A DNA stretch of 64,000 nucleotides from Bacillota bacterium (GTDB taxonomy: Bacteria > Bacillota_I > Bacilli_A > RFN20 > CAG-288). The translations under genes and the position numbers were made by a program. The DNA lies in the NCBI GenBank assembly GCA_023459795.1, contig JAEWSP010000018.1, forward strand, positions 30,946 to 94,945. The letters are read 5' to 3'. The notes below the pieces were generated by a model. The model was given only the letters and a program-made list of their open reading frames with translations. It was not told the DNA's origin and did not search any database. Positions 1 to 8,572 of this stretch are shown here, piece by piece; position 1 is the first letter of the stretch, and every line of letters starts with the position of its first letter.

Positions 1-334
1 TATTTTTTCAAACAGTTAAAAGCCAAAACTATTTTTAATATTTATTTCTATATATATATACTTTGAAAACTAAATACGTCAATGGCTAAATTAAAATTAT
101 ACAGTATTTAAAAAAGCTACTCTGACATGCCTTTTTCTCTTCCCCTTTTTGCCACTTGTTTTCTTCCTATATCCAAGCAGTGTATAAGAAAGCAACACGT
201 TAGCCGTTCTTTGACGTTTTCTAACTAAAATGGCGGTTATTTTCTTGATTCTTTTCCCCTTTGTTGTAGAATAACCACAATGAGAGAAACTTTTCGTTCT
301 CCTCATCAATTCCAAAAGGAGGAATTCGATTTCT

Positions 335-850
335 ATGAAAAAGTCTATCAAGATTGTATCTTTATTTGCAGCTTCTACTCTTCTTCTTGCAGGATGCAAG
401 AAGGCTATGACCCCGGAGCAGGCCAAAGACTATGCCAACAAGAACTACAGCCAGGACACCGTTGATGAGAAGTACAGCGGCTGCTCCTTCACCATGACCA
501 CCAAGGTCAACAAGGCTACCGGTCTATTCGAAGGTCTTGTAAAGGATGACACGGGTTCTGCTCAGACTGGAAACCTTCTTGTCTTAAGTGCCTCTATCAT
601 CACCGACTATACCGATGAAACCGGCATCCAGTTTGCTATCAAGGGAAGCAACATGCTCGTCGATTATACCTACACTGCTACCCTTGGTTCCGCTACTGTC
701 AACTACACCATGGAAGTCACCTACAGCAAGGAAGGTCTTCTTTCCAAGACCGTTTCCAACGGCAAGGCCGAAATCAAGGACAACAAGGTCCTGAAGGATG
801 GAGTCCTCGACATCACCTATACGACCGATTACACCTACACCACCAAGTAG
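335..850 (+). CDS. putative lipoprotein, function unknown
   Basis: 171-aa ORF. N-terminal signal peptide ends in lipobox LLAGC. AAGGAGG lies about 12 nt upstream of the ATG. A hairpin terminator follows. Confidence 0.7.
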   Translation: MKKSIKIVSLFAASTLLLAGCKKAMTPEQAKDYANKNYSQDTVDEKYSGCSFTMTTKVNKATGLFEGLVKDDTGSAQTGNLLVLSASIITDYTDETGIQFAIKGSNMLVDYTYTATLGSATVNYTMEVTYSKEGLLSKTVSNGKAEIKDNKVLKDGVLDITYTTDYTYTTK

Positions 851-868
851 CTGTTTCTTAGAACACTG

Positions 869-894
869 GCCGCTGAGAAATCAGCGGCTTTTTT
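869..894 (+). terminator. intrinsic terminator
   Basis: GCCGCTGA-gaaa-TCAGCGGC stem-loop followed by TTTTTT. Confidence 0.75.
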
Positions 895-952
895 GTTTCG
901 GAGATAGGTTTTCGGTTAGAATAAAGAGAACGAGAAAAGGAGAAGACGGAAA

Positions 953-2593
953 ATGGAAACAGATATTCTTAGAAGCCATGCTGTCTATCAGATCTACCCG
1001 ATTTCCTTCTGCGATTCGAACAAAGACGGAAAAGGAGACTTGAAAGGCATCATCAGCAAGCTGGACTATCTTCAGAAGATAGGCATCCATCTTCTGTGGC
1101 TTTCTCCTATCTACGAATCCCCGATGGCCGATATGGGATACGACATCAGCGACTACAGGAAGATCAACCCGATGTTCGGAACCATGGAGGATTTCGATAC
1201 CCTTCTAGCCGAAGCAAAGAAGCGAGATATCCGGATCATCATGGATCTGGTCGTAAACCATACCTCGAACCAGCACCGCTGGTTCAAGGAGGCTTTAGCA
1301 GATCCGAATTCCAAATACCGGGATTACTACTATTTCCGGAAAGGCAAGGAAGGAAAGCTTCCGAACAACTGGATGTCGACCTTCCAAGGCCCGGCATGGG
1401 AAAAGGTCAACGGAGAAGACGACACCTACTATCTCCATATCTTCACGAAGGAACAGCCGGATCTGAACTGGCATAGCGAAGACCTCATCAAGGATGTGGA
1501 GAGCATCCTCTCCTTCTGGCTGGACAAAGGCGTATTCGGTTTCCGCTGCGATGTCATCTCCGGAATCTACAAGGAGAGCCTGGAAGACGGAAAGAAGACC
1601 AAGCACGGACAGAACCAGGGAAGCGAACACTATATCGCCACCCCGGGATGCCATAAGATCCTGCAGAGGCTGAGAAAGGAAGTCATCGATCCCCATCACG
1701 GAATCCTCATCGGAGAATGCATGGGAGCGACCTTGGAGAACATCCCTCCGTTTATCGCTACCCAGGAACTGGATACCTTCTTCTCCTTCGACCATGTTAA
1801 TCTAGGCTCCTCCTCTCTCAAGGAGCTATGCGACGTCAAGAAGTTCAAGAAGATCGTAATGGATTGGCAGACGAAGGTCGAGAACAACGGCGTCTACCTG
1901 GAGAACCATGACCAGCACCGTTCCGTCAACAAGCTTATAGAACCCGGATACGAGAAGGCCGGAAGCAAGATGCTTCTGACGATGATCTATACCCTGAAAG
2001 GCATGCCTTTCATCTACCAGGGGCAGGAACTCGGGGCGATGAACTACCCTGCCGGCTACTTTACGATGGAGGAAACAAACGACGTCGTCGTCCGCAACGT
2101 CTACAAGATGATGATGGGGCTTCACGTTCCGGAAGGATATGCGAAGAAATTCGCCCTCAAGTGCGGAAGAGACGATGCCCGTGCTCCGATGGCCTTCAAC
2201 GGAAGCAAGGGATACGGATTCTCGGATCCCTCTGTCACCCCGTGGCAGAAGTACAACCCGCTTTGCTCCTCCCTCAATGTCGAGGACGAGGAAAAGGATC
2301 CGGATTCCACCCTCTCCTACTTCGAGAAGATCAATCCTCTGAGAGAGAACAATCCGGTCCTCTGCTTCGGGGATATCCAGTTCCTGAAGACCAAGGGAAA
2401 GCTGATGGCTTATACCAGGACCTACAACGGGAAATCCATCCTCGTTCTTCTGAACCTTTCCAAGAAGCAGATGAAGCTGAAGAGAAGCATCAAGGAGTAC
2501 GGACGCCTTACTCCTCTTATCGACAACTACTCCAGTCTTCCTACCGCTGATATCCTTCGTCCGTATGAAGCCAGAGTCCTGGAAATCAATTAG
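953..2593 (+). CDS. GH13 alpha-glucosidase / oligo-1,6-glucosidase family protein
   Basis: 546 aa. The N-terminus (YQIYPISF...DGKGDLKGI..KLDYL..LGI..LWLSPIY.SP..D.GYDISDY) and the DLVVNHTS and GFRCDV motifs are typical of GH13 subfamily alpha-glucosidases. Confidence 0.85.
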   Translation: METDILRSHAVYQIYPISFCDSNKDGKGDLKGIISKLDYLQKIGIHLLWLSPIYESPMADMGYDISDYRKINPMFGTMEDFDTLLAEAKKRDIRIIMDLVVNHTSNQHRWFKEALADPNSKYRDYYYFRKGKEGKLPNNWMSTFQGPAWEKVNGEDDTYYLHIFTKEQPDLNWHSEDLIKDVESILSFWLDKGVFGFRCDVISGIYKESLEDGKKTKHGQNQGSEHYIATPGCHKILQRLRKEVIDPHHGILIGECMGATLENIPPFIATQELDTFFSFDHVNLGSSSLKELCDVKKFKKIVMDWQTKVENNGVYLENHDQHRSVNKLIEPGYEKAGSKMLLTMIYTLKGMPFIYQGQELGAMNYPAGYFTMEETNDVVVRNVYKMMMGLHVPEGYAKKFALKCGRDDARAPMAFNGSKGYGFSDPSVTPWQKYNPLCSSLNVEDEEKDPDSTLSYFEKINPLRENNPVLCFGDIQFLKTKGKLMAYTRTYNGKSILVLLNLSKKQMKLKRSIKEYGRLTPLIDNYSSLPTADILRPYEARVLEIN

Positions 2594-2625
2594 CCAACCC
2601 GTTGCATAAATAAGAAATTGTTATT

Positions 2626-2661
2626 GAAAAAGAACCAAAGCATAAGGCTTTGGTTCTTTTA
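2626..2661. terminator. bidirectional intrinsic terminator between convergent genes
   Basis: GAACCAAAGC / GCTTTGGTTC stem with an A-run on the 5' side and a T-run on the 3' side. Confidence 0.7.
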
Positions 2662-2663
2662 TT

Positions 2664-4568
2664 CTACTTCTTGTTTTTATTCAGCTTTCCAAGCATGAAC
2701 AGGGCCATGGAACGGAGGACGAGAAGGAAGGTAAGGCCGGTGTCTCCAAGGACCGAGATCCAGAGAGGAAGAGACGGGATGACCAGGTTCAGGATCATGA
2801 TCGTCACCTTCACTAGGATTGCAACAACGACGTTGGAGATTGCCATATTCTTCGTCTTCCCGGAAATCCGGATAAGCTTCTCCAGCTTGCCGGGGTTGTC
2901 ATCCAGGATGACAACATCGGCATTCTCGACAGCCAGGTCGCTTCCAAGCCCTCCCATAGCAATGCCGACATCGGCAAGGGACAAAGAGGCTGCATCGTTT
3001 ACCCCGTCTCCGAGATATGCCATCGTTCCTCCCTTCTTCTCCTTCTCGATCACGTCCGTCTTCTCCTTCGGGAGAAGACCGGAGTAGACAGCATCAATAG
3101 ACAGAGCAGAAGCCAAGGCCTCGGCATTCTGTTTCCTGTCTCCGGAGATAAGGACAGTCCGGATACCTTCCTTCCGTAAAGAAGAGATCAAAGCAGGGAC
3201 TTCTTCCCGCATCGTATCCGAAAGGAGCGCATATCCGGAGTACTCCCCGTCTACGGAAAGATAGAGAGCCGTCCCCTCTCCTTCGCTTTCTTCGATGCTC
3301 TCATCCTCGAGGAAGGATTTCTTTCCTACCTTGAGCTTGTGTCCTTTGTAGGTGCACTTGACTCCCTTCCCTTCGACTTCTTCGTAGTCCGATACAAGGG
3401 AAGGGTTCCCTTGCCTTGCCTTTTCTACCGCAATAGCAATCGGATGGCTGCTTTCCGACTCGGCAGCGGAGAGGTAATCCATAAACGTATCTTCATCAAT
3501 ACCGCGCGGCTTGACCAGGGCTAAAGACATCTTCCCTGTCGTCAAAGTACCGGTCTTGTCGAATCCGACTGTCTTAAGGGAGGCAAGCCTATCGAAGTAG
3601 GTGGCACCCTTAACCAGGATTCCGTACTTCGAAGCCAGGCCTATCCCGGATACATAGCTTAAAGGCACAGAGATAACAACGGCGCAGGGGCAGGAGACGA
3701 CTAGGAAGGATAGGGAGGTATAGATCCATCTCGACCAGATATCCTTGTTTCCGGCACCCTGGATAAGAGGAGGAAGAACCATGACAACGAGGGCAAGAAG
3801 CATAACGATAGGGGTATAGATCTTCGAGAACCTGGTGATGAACCTGTCCGCCTTGGACTTCTTCCCCTTGGCTTCTTCGACTAGCCGGCTCATCTTAAAG
3901 ACGGCAGAATCGGCATATGCTTTTTCTACCCTTGCCTTTGCCTCTCCGTGGGTAAGGATGGTTCCGGATACGATCGGATCCCCTTCCTTCTTTTCCACCG
4001 GGATCGGTTCGCCGGTAAGGGAGCTTTCATCGAACAGACCGTTTCCGGATAGTATCGTAGAATCGCAGAGAACCTTGTTTCCGGCACAGAGAGCAAACAC
4101 ATCTCCGACCTTCATCTCTTCCGGACCGACTTCTGTATAGGTTCCGTCCTTGCCAAGGACCTTTGCCTTCTCCTTCTTTAGATCAAGGGCAGAGGTTACG
4201 GCGTTCCTGGATTTCTCTTCCGCCATCTCGCTGAAGAACTCTCCGACCTGGTAAAGGATCATGACGAGTACCGCTTCGAGGTACTCGTTATGATCCTTTC
4301 CGAAAGCACGAAGAAGGAATGCACCAATGGAGGCAATAGTCATCAAGGAATACTCGTTGAAAGGCTTTCTTTCGGCAAAGGTTTCTTTTAAGGCATTCCA
4401 TACTACATCGTAGGAGATGATAACCCAGGAGGAGAGCATTACAATCAGGTTCACATAGAACGGGAAGTTCTCTTCGTTAAGAAGAAGACTCCCCAAAAGA
4501 GCAAGAGCTAAGGAAGCTGCAATCCTAAGGCAGAGAAGGAAGAGTTCCCTCTTGGTTTCCCCGGCCAT
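2664..4568 (-). CDS. heavy-metal-translocating P1B-type ATPase (Cd/Zn/Co-type), no N-terminal HMA domain
   Basis: 634 aa. It has the CPC transmembrane metal motif (SCPCAVV), the DKTGTLT phosphorylation site and the GDGVNDA hinge. No GMxCxxC domain is visible at the N-terminus. It lies immediately downstream of an ArsR-family gene. Confidence 0.85.
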   Translation of the reverse strand: MAGETKRELFLLCLRIAASLALALLGSLLLNEENFPFYVNLIVMLSSWVIISYDVVWNALKETFAERKPFNEYSLMTIASIGAFLLRAFGKDHNEYLEAVLVMILYQVGEFFSEMAEEKSRNAVTSALDLKKEKAKVLGKDGTYTEVGPEEMKVGDVFALCAGNKVLCDSTILSGNGLFDESSLTGEPIPVEKKEGDPIVSGTILTHGEAKARVEKAYADSAVFKMSRLVEEAKGKKSKADRFITRFSKIYTPIVMLLALVVMVLPPLIQGAGNKDIWSRWIYTSLSFLVVSCPCAVVISVPLSYVSGIGLASKYGILVKGATYFDRLASLKTVGFDKTGTLTTGKMSLALVKPRGIDEDTFMDYLSAAESESSHPIAIAVEKARQGNPSLVSDYEEVEGKGVKCTYKGHKLKVGKKSFLEDESIEESEGEGTALYLSVDGEYSGYALLSDTMREEVPALISSLRKEGIRTVLISGDRKQNAEALASALSIDAVYSGLLPKEKTDVIEKEKKGGTMAYLGDGVNDAASLSLADVGIAMGGLGSDLAVENADVVILDDNPGKLEKLIRISGKTKNMAISNVVVAILVKVTIMILNLVIPSLPLWISVLGDTGLTFLLVLRSMALFMLGKLNKNKK

Positions 4569-4571
4569 AAC

Positions 4572-4868
4572 CTACTTCGCCTCCGTGGCGTGGGCATAGA
4601 CGACAGAGAGCAGGGAGCTGACATGGTCATCGGCAAGAAGGTAGAACACCTTTGTTCCGTCCTTCCTGGTAGAGACAAGGTGTGCTTTCCTAAGCACCTG
4701 GAGCTGATGGGAGATCAGGGACTGGCTGGCTCCTACTTCTTCTACCAGCTGGGAGACGTTCTTCTCCTGGCCGATCAGGCAATAAAGGATCTTGAATCTT
4801 GTGGAATCGCTGGCGACGCTTAGAAGCGTCTCCATCCGATCCAATGTTTCTTCATCCGGTAGATTCAT
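4572..4868 (-). CDS. ArsR/SmtB-family metalloregulator
   Basis: 98 aa. Winged-HTH pattern RFKILYCL...VSQL...GASQSLISHQLQVLRKAHLV. It forms an operon with the P1B-ATPase, separated by a 3-nt gap. Confidence 0.8.
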   Translation of the reverse strand: MNLPDEETLDRMETLLSVASDSTRFKILYCLIGQEKNVSQLVEEVGASQSLISHQLQVLRKAHLVSTRKDGTKVFYLLADDHVSSLLSVVYAHATEAK

Positions 4869-4882
4869 ATATCTGCCTCCTT

Positions 4883-4936
4883 TATGAATGGTGATTCATA
4901 TTTACGCTATTAGTATATATGAATCGTCTTTCATAT
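4883..4936 (-). promoter_or_regulatory. promoter plus two TGAA/TTCA inverted repeats (candidate ArsR operators)
   Basis: On the minus strand: -35 TTGAAA (4936-4941), an 18-nt spacer, and -10 TATACT (4912-4917). IR1 ATATGAA-n6-TTCATAT (4917-4936) fills the spacer. IR2 TATGAAT-n4-ATTCATA (4883-4900) sits just upstream of the RBS. Confidence 0.55.
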
Positions 4937-5012
4937 TTCAAGATATTTCTTTCTTTTTTTGAAAAACCCGAGGTATTGCCCTCGGGCCTTTTCTCCTATG
5001 TCTTTTCTGCTT

Positions 5013-5510
5013 CTACTTTCTAAACAATGTCTTCTCGGTGTCCCCGTCCGTCTTGATCCTAGCAAAAGCGAATAGAACCAGGAAGAGAAGAGACAGACCG
5101 ATATAGACATAGCTTCCCCAGGAAGCTTCGATGTTCGTATTGGCCTGGCTTAGGAAGATCGGGAAGGCGACAAGGCATCCTAGATGGGCCACGTAGAAGA
5201 TATAGAGAATGACAGCCATCCTCTTTTCATACTTCAGCTCCCTCTGGAAAAGGAAGGAGAGCGGGAACAGAAGGAGAAGAAGGGCAAGACCGAAGGCAGT
5301 ATAAAGAAGATTCGTGGCAATCGTCAGATTGCCTCCCGCTTCCGAAAAGCGGTAGACAGTAAATCCGGCAAGGAAAGTCTTGCCTTCTTTCGTGAAGGTA
5401 TCCATAAGGGGAGCAAACATCCAAAGCATCAGAAGAACAGAGAACAGAAGGGAGAGGTAAAAAGGCAGTCTTCTTCTTTCCCTGAGATAGCTGAAATCTT
5501 TCTTTTCCAT
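5013..5510 (-). CDS. hypothetical polytopic membrane protein
   Basis: 165 aa with 4-5 hydrophobic segments; no recognisable motif. Confidence 0.5.
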   Translation of the reverse strand: MEKKDFSYLRERRRLPFYLSLLFSVLLMLWMFAPLMDTFTKEGKTFLAGFTVYRFSEAGGNLTIATNLLYTAFGLALLLLLFPLSFLFQRELKYEKRMAVILYIFYVAHLGCLVAFPIFLSQANTNIEASWGSYVYIGLSLLFLVLFAFARIKTDGDTEKTLFRK

Positions 5511-5574
5511 ACGGTCTCCTCCTTAGGGTGGTATCTACGATATAATAGTATATCGTAAGAAAGGCCACTATCTT

Positions 5575-6591
5575 ATGGAAGAAAAGCAGAAGAATGACTC
5601 GGTGTTCATTAACCTTTTCAAGGGAGCTCTCTCCGGGCTTCTTTCGATGGTTCCCTTCCTGGACAGCAAAAGAGCAAGAGAAGACGTCTTAGTCACCTAC
5701 AGTTCCCGTACCTGGTCCTATATCCTCGGGTTTGCCATTGCTTTCTTTGTCTTCTCCCTCCTTCCCATCTCCGTCATGGAGAAGAACTTCTCCTATACGG
5801 TAAGGCTATTGGAAGCCGGATTCCTGTTTGGATCTCTGGTCGTGCTTCTTCTTCTGGTCTTTTTGGACAAGAAGGAGAAGATCGATCTTCTCCCATTTCT
5901 TCTCTCCCTCATAGGCGGAATAGGGATTGCTCTTATTTTCTATTTTGCCTTTACTCCGGCAAAGCTCTTAAGAGATGAAGAGCCGATTGCAGGAGCAGGA
6001 TTCTACAGCGTAATTATTGCCGTTGGTGGATTTTTATGCGGATACGCCGGGATCTCCATCGGATCCCTTCTAGCCGTCTCCGGTTCCTATGTAGGGCTTA
6101 TCGGAGTGATGTATCCGGCCGTCAGCTTTACGAACACGGATAAGAAGTCCGGAATCCTGATTATGGGAATCCTGTTCCTGGCTCTGTTCTCGGGACTGTT
6201 CCTCGGCCTTTATGCCGAAGGCAAAGACAGCAGAAAGAAGAACAAGGAAGCGATGCAGATCGGTTTCCTTCTTCCGATGCTTGTTATCCTGATAGTCTAC
6301 TTCGCCAAGAACAAGCCCCAAGCTATGGCTGACTCCGTCATGGTCCGGAAGCTGGTGAATTCCTGCTCCCTTATCTTCTTCTTCCTGATTGCCTTGATCC
6401 TTGGCTTATCTTCCCTTCTTCCATTATGGAAGGAACATCCTGCCTTCAAGATTTGGAAAAGGAAGAAGGATCTGGTAGACGGGCTTCTTGTGAAGAATGT
6501 AAAAGAAGAGAAGAAAGAAGATGAAAAAGAAAATGCCAAGGCCTTGGATGTCGATAAGCTGAAGAAGGCTTTGGAAGAAGAGGATAAATAG
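5575..6591 (+). CDS. hypothetical polytopic membrane protein with Lys/Glu-rich C-terminal tail
   Basis: 338 aa with many TM segments. The C-terminus is KKEDEKENAKALDVDKLKKALEEEDK. Confidence 0.55.
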   Translation: MEEKQKNDSVFINLFKGALSGLLSMVPFLDSKRAREDVLVTYSSRTWSYILGFAIAFFVFSLLPISVMEKNFSYTVRLLEAGFLFGSLVVLLLLVFLDKKEKIDLLPFLLSLIGGIGIALIFYFAFTPAKLLRDEEPIAGAGFYSVIIAVGGFLCGYAGISIGSLLAVSGSYVGLIGVMYPAVSFTNTDKKSGILIMGILFLALFSGLFLGLYAEGKDSRKKNKEAMQIGFLLPMLVILIVYFAKNKPQAMADSVMVRKLVNSCSLIFFFLIALILGLSSLLPLWKEHPAFKIWKRKKDLVDGLLVKNVKEEKKEDEKENAKALDVDKLKKALEEEDK

Positions 6592-7314
6592 ATGAGGTTA
6601 GATCGGTTTCTGGCAATCCACGGCTTCGGTTCCAGGAAGTCGGCAAAGAAGATGGTCCATAACGGGCATGTCATGGTAAACGGAGAGAAGACGCTCCTTA
6701 ACGACATGCAGATTTCCGGTACCGATAAGATCACGGTCGACGGAAAGGACGTCGAGAACGTTCCTTTCGTCTGCCTGGTCCTGAACAAGCCCCAGAACTA
6801 TGTCTGTTCCATGCTGGACGACCACTACCCGTCCTGCATGAAGCTGATTCCGGACGAATACCAGAAAAGGGTCCGGATGGTGGGAAGGCTTGATGCCGAC
6901 ACGACAGGACTCTTGATCTTCACGGACAACGGAGTCCTCAACTCCCGGCTTGCCAACCCGAAGTTCAAGGTCACCAAGACGTATGCCGTCGAAGTGAACC
7001 ATATCCTGAAGCCGGAGATGGTGGAAGAATTCCAGAAAGGAAATCTCGATATCGGCCAGGGAGACATCGCCGATTCTGCCGTTCTTGTGATCCAGGACGA
7101 ATACCATGCCGAAGTAACCGTCCACGAAGGCAAGTACCACGAGATAAAAAGACTGTTCGGCAAGTTCGGATACGATGTCATCAAACTGAAACGTCTCTCT
7201 CTAGGGCCGGTGAAGCTCGGGGATGTCGAAGAAGGGAAGTTTAGAAAGGTGAGCGAAGAGGAATACGAATCCCTGTTAGAAGCTACCCACCTTATCAAGG
7301 AGGATCAATTATGA
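6592..7314 (+). CDS. rRNA pseudouridine synthase, RsuA/RluB family
   Basis: 240 aa. N-terminal S4 domain (MRLDRFLA..G.GSRK.A..V..G.V.VNG) and catalytic motif GRLDADTTGLLIFTDNG. Confidence 0.85.
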   Translation: MRLDRFLAIHGFGSRKSAKKMVHNGHVMVNGEKTLLNDMQISGTDKITVDGKDVENVPFVCLVLNKPQNYVCSMLDDHYPSCMKLIPDEYQKRVRMVGRLDADTTGLLIFTDNGVLNSRLANPKFKVTKTYAVEVNHILKPEMVEEFQKGNLDIGQGDIADSAVLVIQDEYHAEVTVHEGKYHEIKRLFGKFGYDVIKLKRLSLGPVKLGDVEEGKFRKVSEEEYESLLEATHLIKEDQL

Positions 7315-7829
7315 ATACTCTCTGCCCGAAATGCGGAAAGGACAATACTTCCACCTTTGTGGATACGAAGCTGAAGACACATGGTTTCTTCTGCGAAGAC
7401 TGCAAGAAGGATTTCGGTGTCGATGACGGCACTGCTTTGAAGAAGAAGGAAGAAGACCTTCTTTCTTTCACATATGACCGGTCCCATGACGGAGAGAAGA
7501 AGACTTTCCGCCTAGTAAGGGATGCAGGCAAGGCAACCCTAACTATCGAAACGGAGAAGGACAAGAAGCGGGACGTATATGAACCTATCGACTTCACTCC
7601 TTATGTCGATTCCTTCCTCTCCCTGCTCTTCGAGAAGCTCTTTGTTTTGGACTGGCCTGAGACAACCAACGGTTTCCTTGTCGGGAAGGATCCCGATACC
7701 TGCACTCTTACCCTCCTATTCAAGGATAAAAGCAGCGTCAGGAAGTCCGGTTTCGTCCGCCTTCCTGTCTACAGCAAGGCACTGGACGAGATCCTCGATT
7801 CCCTTCTCTCCAGCACGAAGGAGGAGTAG
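7311..7829 (+). CDS. hypothetical protein with N-terminal zinc ribbon
   Basis: 172 aa with CPKCG...CEDC. Its ATGA start overlaps the upstream stop, suggesting translational coupling. Confidence 0.55.
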   Translation: MNTLCPKCGKDNTSTFVDTKLKTHGFFCEDCKKDFGVDDGTALKKKEEDLLSFTYDRSHDGEKKTFRLVRDAGKATLTIETEKDKKRDVYEPIDFTPYVDSFLSLLFEKLFVLDWPETTNGFLVGKDPDTCTLTLLFKDKSSVRKSGFVRLPVYSKALDEILDSLLSSTKEE

Positions 7830-8207
7830 ATGAGAACCGACTTCACGAAGATCTCCTTCTGGAAAAGGAATCCGGACAATGTTGCGGATATCCTGAGGCT
7901 GGAGATCGAATGCCTCGTCGACAAGACTTACCTTCTGAACGTAAACGGAAAAGACCGTTCCCTTCCCAAAGAGGAAGGAGACAAGCTTATAGAAGGTCTT
8001 ATTGCTCTGAAGCTGGGCGAGACGAAGAAGGAAGAGAAAGCCTACCTATACGAAGACAGGCCTCAGGACTACCGGATCAAGTTCTTCCTGGTCTTCTCCT
8101 ATCCGGAAGCCACTTATCTAGCCGTAAAGGGAATCGATCCCTTCGGCCAGAAGAACTACAAGGAGATCCAGGCTCTCTTTGCTCCGCTGTTCAAGAAACA
8201 AGACTGA
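7830..8207 (+). CDS. hypothetical protein
   Basis: 125 aa. The ATG directly abuts the upstream TAG. A strong terminator follows. Confidence 0.5.
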   Translation: MRTDFTKISFWKRNPDNVADILRLEIECLVDKTYLLNVNGKDRSLPKEEGDKLIEGLIALKLGETKKEEKAYLYEDRPQDYRIKFFLVFSYPEATYLAVKGIDPFGQKNYKEIQALFAPLFKKQD

Positions 8208-8240
8208 AAGAGGAAGCCCCCAGAAGGCTTCCTCTTTTTC
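8208..8240 (+). terminator. intrinsic terminator of the rsuA-like operon
   Basis: GAGGAAGCC-cccagaa-GGCTTCCTC followed by TTTTT. Confidence 0.8.
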
Positions 8241-8248
8241 AAGGCATT

Positions 8249-8289
8249 AAAAAGAGCCCGGTTACTTGATTCAACAATCAAGGCCGGGC
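8249..8289 (-). terminator. intrinsic terminator for a minus-strand transcript
   Basis: Minus strand reads GCCCGG-cc-TTGATTG-ttg-AATCAAG-taa-CCGGGC then UCUUUUU. It stands back-to-back with the plus-strand terminator. Confidence 0.75.
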
Positions 8290-8351
8290 CCTAACGTATC
8301 TGACCCATGGGTTGTTCCATATCTTGCCGCCCCTTCACCGCGGTTTCCGAA

Positions 8352-8572
8352 TCATCCCGGATCGTATCGCGGTCCCTTCTCGTATCGCCATATTTGCTCA
8401 TATCTCAGTCCCGAACCGTATCGCCGTATCTTAACGAATCGCCTTACCTGATCGTACCTCCGTATCGAATCATATCGCCGTACCTTATCGAATCGCCTCG
8501 TAGAATCTAACCGTATCGCCATCCCTTAACGTATCGCCGTATCGAATCGTACCTCCGTCTCTGCTCATATCG
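8352..8572 (-). repeat. 12 degenerate tandem copies of an 18-nt unit (minus strand consensus CGATAYGAT-NNG-ATA-CGG)
   Basis: Units were read directly: 8572-8555, 8554-8537, 8536-8519, 8518-8501, then a 5-nt insert CGAGG, then eight more units down to 8352. The pentamer TATCG occurs 10 times on the plus strand in this span. Confidence 0.85.

Noticed and set aside
5575-6591. Second DUF368 / polyprenyl-phosphate transporter paralog
   Set aside because: The protein is polytopic but lacks the duplicated PG(V/L)SG motif that is clear in the 58141-59175 product.
8352-8572. CRISPR array?
   Set aside because: The units are only 18 nt, directly abutting with no unique spacers, and highly degenerate. 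No cas genes are nearby.
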